From: Microthyrium microscopicum
Taxonomy: Eukaryota
DNA length: 47,814 nucleotides
Direction of reading: 5' to 3'
Assembly: GCA_010405405.1 (NCBI GenBank)
Contig: MU004238.1
Coordinates: forward strand, 2,119,530 to 2,167,343
Within the stretch, counting starts at the first letter, position 1. The number at the start of each line of letters is the position of its first letter. The position numbers were made by a program, and so were the translations under genes. The notes below the pieces were generated by a model. It was not told the origin of the DNA, did no database searches, and was given only the letters and a program-made list of their open reading frames with translations. Below, in pieces: positions 37,389 to 47,814 of the stretch.

Positions 37389-40300
37389 CTACCTATTACT
37401 CTAAAGTAGCTTTACTTAAAGCTACTATTAGTACTACTTATATTAAGCGCTATAATAACCTTTATACCTATTATTATAAATTTAAACTACTTATAAATAA
37501 TAACTAAGAAAGTATAAGTACTCTAATTATATTACTTAAATTCTAATTAACTTTATTTTAGGTTATAGATACTTTATTACGTTAAATTAGTAAGCTTACT
37601 AACGTTATAAAGATATTTACTTCTTAGTAGGCTAATAGTACTAAAAAGAAGAAAAAGGCTTTTAATACGAGTTAGTTTATAATTCTCTAAAGCTAGATTA
37701 ATAAGTATAAGCTTAGTTTAAGTAAGCAAATAGTTCTTTGTTGCTATCTAGTTATAATAGGTTAGATTAATTCTAATAATAACGATTTAGAAACTAAAGA
37801 GTCTAAAGAATAGATATAATATCTAGTAAATATATCTAATATTAAGTTAATATATCTAGTATTTAATAGATAAGGTTAATTATATTTTAGGTTTATTATA
37901 AGCTATTTATTAGTACTTAGTAGCTATTAGGTTCTATTTAAACTAATTTATATAAATAGTATAAGATAGTTTCTCTTAATAAAATACTTTCTTAAATTTC
38001 TAAGTCTTCTCTTATAAACCTAGATAGTACTTAGGAGTATATTCTTATAAACTTAGAATTATTATTTTAAGGTATTTAAAGGATACCTTTTTAAGGGTTA
38101 ATAAGTAAAGCTAAAGTAATATTAATAGTTTTAGATTTAGGTTTAAAATTAGTTCTATATCTAGTTTTAAATTTTTTCTAAGTCTTTTCTATTTAGACTA
38201 TATTTATATATATATCTATAGGAACCTATTTATTCTAAAGTATTATAATAATACTATTTAAATACTATTTAGTTTTATTTAAATAAGCTTATCTTAATTA
38301 TAAGTAAAATAAATTATTATTATATATCTATATATACTATAAAGTAACTATGCTTTTATACTTATCCTCTCTATAAAAAGAAGCTCGTTCTAAGTCTTAT
38401 TATAACTATTTTAGTCTACTTAGCCCTTTCTTAGCTAGTATAAGTTTAGTAAATACTAAAAGCTTCTTTAGACGTTTTCTTAGCTTCTTAAGCTCTAAAT
38501 AGGGTTTATCTAAGTTAAGTTATTCTAATTTATATTTAATTACTTCTATTAGAGCTAATTTAGCTAAAAAGATACTCTTTTTCTTTAACTTCTCTTAATA
38601 GCGCTTTAATATAACTAAGAAAAGGTTACTAATAGGTTCTTAGCTTACTTTAAATATAGAATAGTTTTTTTACTTTACTTTATAGTAATAGATACTATCT
38701 TTATTAACCTTATATCTAATTATATCTTTAACTTTATAGTAATTAGTCTCTTTAAAGTCTAAGATTTCCTAAAATAAGATTATTTACTATAAGAAATATA
38801 TATTAAGTATATATTATTATAATAAGGAGATATAAAAGATATTATAAACTAGAGCGCCTTTAAGTAAGTTAATATAGTATATATTATAGTTAATAACCTC
38901 TATTACTTTAAAGAGGCTTATATACTTAATATTTAGTTTCTTTTTAGACTTAGCTATTCTAATATTCTTTATATTAAATAAAACTTAGTTATTTACCTTT
39001 AAAGTAACATCCTTATAGCCTTTATTATAGTATTTAGCTTATAGAGTTTAAACATTTTCTAAATAAGCTTAAAAAGCTCTTTAAAGAGATAGAATATATT
39101 CTACTAGTTCTTTTACGTTAAGAGTAATACTTATTAGGTACTCTTTAAGTACTTCTAGTACGTATAAGTATTTACTTATATATATTATAAATAGAGTAAT
39201 ACTAATTAAGTTATATATACTATTATTATATATAAATTTAGTAAAATTAAGCTTTTTAGCCTAATTATTCTACTCTTAGCTATAATAGATATATAAATAG
39301 TATTTAATCTCTTAGTTTTAATGCTCTATTTACTTATCTATCTAAGGTTAAAACGTAGTAAATAACTTCTATTAGATTCCTAAATAATAGAGGAATATAT
39401 TCTAGAACTTAAAGATAAATATAAAGCCTCTATTAAATATAATTATATTTAATACGCTATAAAGTTATACTACTTTATATAAAAAGAGCTTAGCAAGATT
39501 ATTTACATCTATATCTTTATAATAAAGTATATAATAAGCTATTTTAGTTAGCTTATAGATAACTACTATAATAAAGTTATATAGCTATCCTTAGAAGACG
39601 CTTAAAAATAAGTTAATAATAAAATTAACTATAATATCTTTCTAAAGGGCTATTAGTACTAGTAAAGATAGAAAGAGTCTATTTTAGCCTTATTTAATAG
39701 ACGTATTTTATTTATACTCTAAATAGGCTATATAGTACTCTTAGATATCCTTATTAATATTATCCTAAGTATAATAGCGTTAAATCTTCTCTAATATCTT
39801 ATATTAGCTTCTATAGCCTCTTTCTAAGAGATTATTATAAAAATATTAGAAAACTTAGACTTTACTATTCTTTATAGTAACCTCTATCTATAAATAAGTT
39901 TATTTATTTTCTATTAGCTTAGTAAAAGAGCTATTAAGTACATCTAATATAGTAATAATATCTACTTTTTAAGAATTATTTCTTAGATACTATAATAAGG
40001 TACTAATAGATATAACTAAAGCGTTAATAAACCTAATTAAGTCTTTATTAGACTTAGGCGCCTTAGATAGTTATAATTTATCTTAGATAAGGTTTAATAA
40101 GGTATTTATAGTTCTTTTCTACTTTATATTATCTAAAGAGACATAGTCTAGTCTTTATAAAGGTCTATTTATAAAGTTTATCTTTCTTAAATAATATTTA
40201 ATATTAAACTTAAACTTAGTAAGAAAATCTACTTATCTTATATATATAGTAAAGATATTTTAGGATATATTAAGTAAATAAAGGTTTATATAATCTATTA

Positions 40301-43300
40301 GGATTAAAAACTTTAGAATACTATATAGGTACTTATAAAAAACTCTTATAGAGTTAATAATAGCTAGAAACTTCTACTATAGAGTCCTATAGTAACTCTT
40401 AAGTCTTAATAGCTTTCTTAAGTAAAACGCTATAAGTTACTATTAGTCTTCTTAACCTAGCTTAATTTATTTCTAGCTTAAAATACTATAAATTACTTAT
40501 CTAAAAGCGTCTATTTTTAGATAAGTCTTTAATATAAGATTATAGTAAGTAAAAATTAATACGTATATAAAGGTAGCCTTTAAGTTATTAAAAAATTAAA
40601 TAGCTTTAAGAGAAAGATTAATAGAAACTAATTCCTTATTATATAGCTATTAGCTTTTTAAGGCCTACCCTAAAAGCTTCTTAATTAAAGAGTTTAATAA
40701 AGAAGTAATATAAGAGAAGTTAGTAATAAAATATTAATAATAGTTTATAAAGCTAATAAACTTTCTTACTTAGTATATATTACGTAGTGTTAACTAATCT
40801 ATAACTATTATAATTTATTCTAATTTTATTATAATACTATCTAAAGTTATAATATATTTAAAGTACTTAGTTTAGTCTATATAAAAGCTATACTTTAATA
40901 ACTTAATATATAACTTAAACTTAATAAGTCTTTTAAGTACCTCCTTTATATATTTAATATAATCTTCTTTATTCTTAAAGAAAATAAAAATATTATTAAA
41001 GTAGATAATATAAGTTATATTAATAAGGCTATATAGGGCTTAATTAATATATACTTAAAAAGTAGTAGAAACGTTAGTAAACTTAAAGAGTATTACTTAA
41101 TACTTAAAGGACCTATATTTAGTTTAAAATACTATCTTTTACTCATTACTAATATAAATATAAATATAATAATATATTTTATAAAGATCTAGGCTTATAA
41201 AGAACTTAGCTCTTAATAATTAATTTAATAACTCTTTAATTAGTAATAAAGCATAATAGTCCTTAACTATAATATTATTTAAGCCTTTATAGTCTATATA
41301 TAAATATAAGGTACTATCCTTCTTCTTTATAAAGATAATTAAGGCTCTAATAAAAAACTAAGATTTATAAATAAATCCTCTCTTAAAATCTTTCTTAAAG
41401 TATTTATATAGAATAACTAGTTTTGCTTCTAATAAGTCGTAAATAAGCTAATAAAGTATACTTATACCTAACTTAAGATTAATAACTAAGTCCTATAAAC
41501 TATATTCTACTAAATTCTATACTTTATCCTTACTAAAGGCTTTTATAAGCTTCTTATAGTAATATAGTAAGTCTTATAGACTAACATAGTTTAATAAACT
41601 TACTAAATACTTAAAGAGCTAAGTAGATCTATCTTAACCTAATTAGAGTAACTCTTTTAGGAAGATAAATCTAATCTTATTATAGTAGTTATCCTTTAAA
41701 TAAATAAAGAATAAAGTCTTAGCCTTAAAGTCTAGTAAAAGGTTCTAGTCCTTAAGCTAAGGTATCTTTATAATAATTATATAGTATAATAAATCTATAA
41801 TATAAAATAATACTTCATTAGTCTTTAAGATCCTATTAAAGTTAACTACTATTACTTTAGTAGTTACTATCCTATAAATAGTTATAAGTATATTATTTAG
41901 ATACTTAGTTAACTCCTCTAGAAAATAATATATCTCTAATTAAAGCTTCTTAGCTAAGGCGTAGTCTATAATATTAAAATAGGCTCTACTATTTATTATT
42001 ATACTTTATAGTACATAATCTTAGCCTACTTAATTCTAAGTAGTTCTTTATAAGATAATTTAGCGTAATTTCTTTAATTAGTATACCTTCTTATCTAGAA
42101 TCCTCTTATTCTTTATTACTTCTAAGACTTAAGTAATAACGACTTTATAAAAGTTACTAAGAAAGTTAAAAACTAGATTATTTATAATAAAAACTATAAA
42201 ATCTTAGTTAGCTACCTTATAGCTTAGTCTTTTCTCTTAATTCTCTTTAGCTTTAAGTTAAGGTAATTATAAGCTATATAACCTACTTTACTATAATTCT
42301 AATACTTACTTTTACTAGAGTTACTAAGAAATAGCTATTTAACTCTAGGTATTATATTACTCTTTAGTTTATCTAGCTTTAAAGCCCTATTAGAAGGGCT
42401 TAGTCTAGACTTCTTTAACTTATTCCTTTAAGAACCTTATTAAGTCTTATCCTTTAAATCTATAAATATTAAACGCTATTTAGAGAATTTACTATTCTTA
42501 ATATCTTTTTTAAGAGTAGTTAGTATCTTCTAGTTACTAATAAATCTTAAATACTTTAAAATATATTAAGATAAGGCTTCTTTAGCTATCTTAACTATAT
42601 AGTTTAGGTTAAAGATTATATTATTTCTAAGATAAGTAAATAGTCTATTACTAAAGAATAATAAATAAATTAATACGTTATTAATCTTATACTTATAAAA
42701 GAGAAGTACAAATTTATTAAAGTATTCTTAGAAGGTTTTTTTCTTTATTATAGTAGTTAAGAAGCTCTAAAAGACCTTATAACGCTTCTTAATAGGCAGA
42801 CTAAGAAGTTTAAGAGCCTATTATTCTATAAGGGCCTATATAGGTTCGTATTAGTCTAGTTTAGCTAACTAGATCTAGAAATTAATATAATTATTCTAAA
42901 TAGGTTACATAACCTTCTTATTAAGATAATTATAAGCTTAGAGAACTACTAGATATAAGTCCTCTTTATATTTCTTTATAGTAAGTATATTAGTTATATT
43001 AAAGACCTAATCCTTATACTCTTATAAACTTTTAGCTTTATATATCTATAGTTTATTACTACTATAAGCTAATTTAGAGCTATTATATTTAATATAGGCC
43101 AAAATAGCTAGGCTAGCGTTATATTAACTCTATTTATTAATCTACTTAACTAAATAAAGTTCTCTATATTTATAAGCTACTTTTATTACTTTAAATTATT
43201 TAATTTTAAGTATATTACGTATTTACTATATTTTAGCTTATAGCTATTCTAACGTCTCTTTTATATTTACTACTAGTTCTAAATAAGCTTATTCTATATT

Positions 43301-43493
43301 ATTAGGATTACCTATAGAGCTACTTAGTCTTACTAGAGTTAGTATAACTATATCTAGTATAACTAGATTTAATCTAGCTAGTTTTATTTTAAAAGCCTTA
43401 CCCTTAGGTTTTATTAGTTTATTACTTATAACTAATCGTAGTATTTTAAAGAAAAAGCTTTATAAATACTTTATTAGTAAGAAGTAATTATAA

Positions 43494-43853
43494 TATTAGA
43501 GATTAGGATTATAAAGTAGATAAGAAGGTTATAAAATACTTAATAGATTAAATATATAGAAATAGAAATAAGAGTAATTACTAAGGAACTATAAAGAGAT
43601 TCCTTAGCCTCTATCTTATTACCTAAAAACCTCTAAGGTTCCTCTCTAAGCTAAAGTAGTTTATCTATAAGCTAAGGTACCTTAAAAGTACGCTTAGCTA
43701 CTAATTATAATAGTTAAGGACCTATTAATTCTCTTAACTATAGAATATACTAAAGCTAAAGAAGCAGCTCTACTAACTTCTAATAGCTATTAGGCTAAAG
43801 CACTTAGGCTACAATGCCTATCTTAGAGAGTCCGTTAGGTTTACTATCTAATA
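43494..43853 (-). repeat. 5' LTR of element B
   Basis: 360-bp direct repeat of 27490-27849, followed by TSD TATCC. Confidence 0.95.
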
Positions 43854-43858
43854 TATCC

Positions 43859-44130
43859 TATATCTTTATATTACTATTAATCTTATTTTCTATAGGCTTA
43901 TCTTTATAGATAGAAGTAGTTAGTTTTAGTAGTACTACTAGTAACTTTTCTTTAATCTTATTTTATATCTTTATATTACTATTAATCTTATTTTTTATAG
44001 ACTTATCTTTATAGATAGAAGTAGCTAATTTTAGTAGTACTACTAGTAATTTTTCTTTAATTTTATTCTATATCTTTATATTACTCTTAACCTTCTTTTT
44101 TTAAGGCTTATCTTTATAGATAGGAGTAGC
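43859..44130 (-). repeat. 105-bp coding tandem repeat, ~2.6 copies (plus one at 27385-27489)
   Basis: Unit starts TATATCT at 43859, 43964 and 44069. Confidence 0.92.
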
Positions 44131-45759
44131 TTATTTCGCTAACTTTTATAAAGATTTTATAATAGCTTTAATAGATATATTAAAGATACTATTATTTAGA
44201 TTCTTTATTATAATAACTTTAGAGCTTTAGCTAGTAGTTTTTTTAGTAACTTTAATATTTTTAGTCTTAGCCTTAATAGCTATATCTTCTTTAATTATAT
44301 CTTTAATTATAAAGAGAATATATACTATAATTATTTTAGTATCTTATCTCTTAAAGTATTTAAAGCAGCCTTTAGATAAATTAGCTACTAAGTTAGTTAA
44401 TTCTTTAGAATTAATTTATATACGTAGTCTTAGCTTTATTAGGCTAAATTAATATTTACTTATAGCTATATTTACTTTACCTTTCTTAGGCTTCTTTTTT
44501 ATTTTTATATTAAGAAGAAACTTTTAAGAGAGTTTAGATTAAATTTCTTTATATAAGTAATCTATAGTATTCTCTACTATACTAGTATTGTTAATAATTT
44601 ATTAAAGTTTAGTTTAATCTAAATCTTTAATTTATAAAATAGACTTAAAAGTTATAAAGACTTTATATTTATATATAATATCTAAGCTTTTATTAAAGTT
44701 ATAAAGTTCTTCTTTATTTTTAAGATCTTATTACTTAGTCTTAGTAATAATAACCTAAAGCTTCTTTATTAAGATCTTTTTCTATTTAGTAGTAGACTTT
44801 TTATTATACTTTTATTATATATAAAACTTACTAGTAATATCTAAAAATACTACTAGCTTAATAGCTATAAATATAGAAGGGACTTAAATATATAGGTCTT
44901 TTTTATCTAGTTTATTATAAAAAAATACTAATATATTTATATAACGTTAAGAATAAATAAGATTACGTAGCTTTAATAGTTTATTTTAAGCTATAGTAAT
45001 ATATTATTCTCTAATATATACTTACTCTTTATATATATATATATCTTCTACTAAATAAAGTTATTATTTAATATTAAAAAAAGCGTAATTAATTTTAAAG
45101 ACTTAGCTACCTTCTCTATCTTTAAGTACTATTATAATAAGAGCAACTTAAGTATATATCTTATTAAAGTATATATTTAGTAATAACGTTACTAATTCTA
45201 TATCTTAAGCCTATATAAAGATTTTCTAGCCTAGGGCGTTATATACTTTTACTAACTCTTTATTTTCTTATAGTAGTAAAGTACTATCTAGAGTATATAA
45301 TTATAAAAAGAAGAGATAATATAATATATCTTTATAGCCTTTACGCTTAAATATATATTATAATTATAGGATTATAAAGTACTTATTTATAATCTTAAAA
45401 CTAGCTTTATAGTGAAACTAAGAGTTATTTCTTAAGAAGCTATACTTAATAAAATCTAGGTTTATAATTTATTATATCTAATATAGACTTATAGATTTAC
45501 TATTTACTAGGTAAATTTTAAGATATTTCTTAATATAGTTAATATACTATAAATAATTAACCTAATTAAATTTTAGTAGCTAAATTAATAAAAGATTTTT
45601 CTTATTATTAAATTACTTAAAGGTCTTTTTTTTAGTCTTATTTTATAGCTATTTAAGACGCTTATTATTCTTAGTTATAGTTTACTTAATATATTTTTAG
45701 AGATTTTAGTTTGCTTTAACTCCTTCTTTCTATATAACTTATTTTTTCTTTATAGCTAG

Positions 45760-45828
45760 CTTTTTAGGTTTAGACTTAAGCTTTTTAGGTTTAGACTTAG
45801 ACTTTTTAGGTTTAGACTTTAGCTTTTT
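45760..45828 (-). repeat. 21-bp coding tandem repeat x3 (xKSKPKK as read)
   Basis: CTTTTTAGGTTTAGACTT at 45760, 45781 and 45802. Confidence 0.9.
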
Positions 45829-46732
45829 ATTACTTCTAGCTATCTTGTTATTAATTATAATATTAGAAAACGTATTCTTATCTTTATTTATTATAAGCTC
45901 TTTAATAATATAACTAGACTTATAAGGTTTAAATTTCTTAGCTTATACTAATATAGGTTTATTTTTCTTAGCTTTTTTATTATTCTCCTTATTTTACTTA
46001 AATTCTAATATTTCTTAAAGAGTTTCTCTTATATTAGGATTATTTTTAAGTTACTATTACTACTTTTTAGTAAAGAGTTTTTATATTAGCTTTAGATTCT
46101 TAGGAAGGGCTAGTTTATTTTTAGCGTTTTTAGTTCTTACTATAGTAAGAATAGGAAGTCTATTAAAGTTAGCCTTTTAGCTCTAATAAATATAAAAAAA
46201 TAAGGCTTTAAAACTTATATATTAGGTAGAGAAATAGGTTAATAAGAAATAGATTATAATAGTAATATAGAGTTATATAAATTAAGTATAATTAGTAGTT
46301 TTAGCTATCTTTATAGTTATTCTTAAAGACTTCTAATAATTATATAGAGATAGTTAAAAAGAAATAATAGTATAGGTCTAAAAAGCTTTATACTATATAG
46401 CTAGCTAACTTTACTTATTTAATAATTATAATCTAAGCTTACTTAACTAAAGTAATACTTTAAGCTAAGTAAGTAACTAGTATAAAAGAGTATAATAAGA
46501 TTAAGTAAGCTTATAAATAATAACCTACTATATTAGGAAATTAGCTCCTATCTACTTTTAACTCCTAAAATAGTAGTAAGTACCTATATAGATTATATTA
46601 CGTTATTATAGCTAATAATAAAATTAAGTTATTAAATTTATATAGTAAAAGAGTTTAGTATAAAGAATAGATAGTACTATAAGTTTAATAGGATTATTTT
46701 TAGTTTCTATAATTATAAGCTTATAGATAGTA

Positions 46733-46762
46733 NNNNNNNNNNNNNNNNNNNNNNNNNNNNNN
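46733..46762. other. Assembly gap (30 N)
   Basis: Run of N. Confidence 1.
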
Positions 46763-46763
46763 A

Positions 46764-47814
46764 ACGTAAAATAATTAAATTAAGTAGACTTATAGCTAAC
46801 GTTAAGTTTTAAAATAAGAAGAAGTTAAGAGTATTAATATATTATAGTATTAACTAAAGTTTATAGAGTATAGCTATAACGTAGTTTTATTAAATATATT
46901 AATATTAAGGCTAATAAAGAAGCTTAGTATTAAAGTAATATAAGGTATATATATATTATAATATTAATTTCTTAGTTTTAATCGTAAGAGTACTATAATA
47001 TAACTAGACGTAAAGTATATATAACTAATAACTTACTCTATAAGATATATAGTATTAACTATATCTAAATCTTAAAGTTAATTATTACTAAGTATTATAA
47101 TAGTATAATATATTAGCGTACGTTTTAATTTAGCTAAGTTATTTTTAATATTATTAAAATAATAATATAAAGAGACATTAAGATTAATATAGAGATTTCG
47201 TCTAAAGAGAGACTTAAGCTTTTATTTTTTTTATTTAATAAATTTTACTAATAACTAAATAAGTAGCTAGATAATATATTTATTAATATAGACTATTAAG
47301 GAGTTACTAAGTTTTAAGACTTACCTATTTAGTATCCTATATTTCTAGGAAATTCTTTACTACTTAGGTCTAGCATTATATAAAGTCTTAGTATTAATAT
47401 TATAAAGACTATATAAAGATTTATAGTATTAAATTAAGAGCTTAATAATCTCTTTTAGTACCTATTATAGCTTCCTTAATTTTGCCTTATAATATTTATT
47501 AAAAAAACTCTAAGTCTATAAATAAAGCATCCTTAATAACTATAAATTTATAAGTATAGGCTATAATATAGTAGTTACTAAAGAAGGAATTTAGTATATA
47601 CTTAAAGTATATACTATACTATATAACTTATTTTATAATTTTAAATAATAGCTTTTATTATAGAAGTTATAAGTAACTATACCTAAGAGCTATACTTAAC
47701 GAAATACTATATAAGTAACGAAGTAAGATCTTCTATTATAGAAATAAGTTTATACTACTAGGTTTAGTAATTAAGACAAGATAGACTTTCTTATAATTTA
47801 TCTATATAGTAAGT
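46764..47814 (+). pseudogene. RIPed coding relic C3, unidentified, open at both ends
   Basis: One plus frame reads protein-like for ~350 codons with TAA/TAG stops only (e.g. RDIKINIEISSKERLKLL, IGYNIVVTKEGI). No motif recognised. Confidence 0.4.

Larger units (their letters stand above)
28550..37675 (+). pseudogene. RIPed spliced accessory gene inside element B, antisense to gag-pol (28550-29735 and 37394-~37675, split by element A)
   Basis: A 254-codon frame (28550-29311) ends at a phase-0 intron GTAAGT...TACTAAT...TTCTAG (29312-29367). The frame is stop-free for ~65 codons across the element-A junction. Another phase-0 intron (A)TAAGT...CTAAT...TAG at 37514-37561 is followed by a KKKKK tail. 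Confidence 0.65.
27490..43853 (-). mobile_element. RIPed Ty3/Gypsy chromovirus LTR retrotransposon B (~8.7 kb net, interrupted by element A)
   Basis: 360-bp LTR pair with TSD TATCC (27485-27489, 43854-43858). Minus-strand relics: protease INSRA (=VDSGA) ~41990; RT Y*VILFKFTNVSTTF*...IYFNNIFIF (=MPFGLTNAPATFQ...YLDDILIF) ~41120-40980; integrase AL*KDIIVNFIINL ~39630 and F*P*IDK*IEH*N (=QTDGQTERQN) ~39330; chromodomain ~38740-38620. Purine tract next to the left LTR. Confidence 0.95.
43854..46143 (-). pseudogene. 5' part of large RIPed gene C1 (~760 codons here, ~1000 in total)
   Basis: One continuous minus-strand frame with only TAA/TAG stops. Preceded by an intron-like (A)TAAGT...GCTAAC...TAG (~46218-46160). 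Contains in-frame 21-bp and 105-bp repeats. Confidence 0.65.
24532..47814. other. AT-rich RIP-degenerated repeat block (AT isochore)
   Basis: Abrupt switch to TpA-rich, CpA/TpG-depleted sequence. No ORFs in the track past 24086. Paired LTRs differ almost only by C>T/G>A transitions. Confidence 0.97.

Noticed and set aside
43859..44130. Regular repeats as a CRISPR-like array
   Set aside because: Contiguous tandem units with no unique spacers, in a eukaryotic coding context.
24532..47814. AT-rich half as mitochondrial DNA, bacterial contamination or an alternative genetic code
   Set aside because: TpA excess, transition-only LTR differences and recognisable Gypsy relics explain it as RIP.

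Overview
Filamentous-ascomycete (Pezizomycotina, Dothideomycete-like) genomic DNA with two compartments. Bases 1-~24.5 kb are GC-balanced and gene-rich, with short fungal introns: a conserved basic nuclear protein, two tandem BTB/POZ paralogues, a secreted CE1 esterase, ASF1, acrB, a class I SAM methyltransferase, CCR4 and an orphan gene. From ~24,532 to the end is an AT-rich block degenerated by repeat-induced point mutation (RIP) that resolves into three nested layers. Chromoviral Ty3/Gypsy element A (29736-37388, 226-bp LTRs, TSD CTACC) sits inside chromoviral element B (27490-43853, 360-bp LTRs, TSD TATCC). Element B sits inside an older RIPed unit C carrying large intron-containing genes with no recognisable transposase or RT. 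Most notable: (1) element B carries an extra spliced gene antisense to gag-pol in its 3' region; (2) B's integrase tail reads, after RIP reversal, as chromodomain + AT-hook + possible second chromo-like module; (3) the main unit-C ORF may start with a histone H3-like MARTK N-terminus; (4) element A has an 11-nt Tf1-type self-priming signal. All de-RIPed protein readings are manual inferences. No database searches were run.
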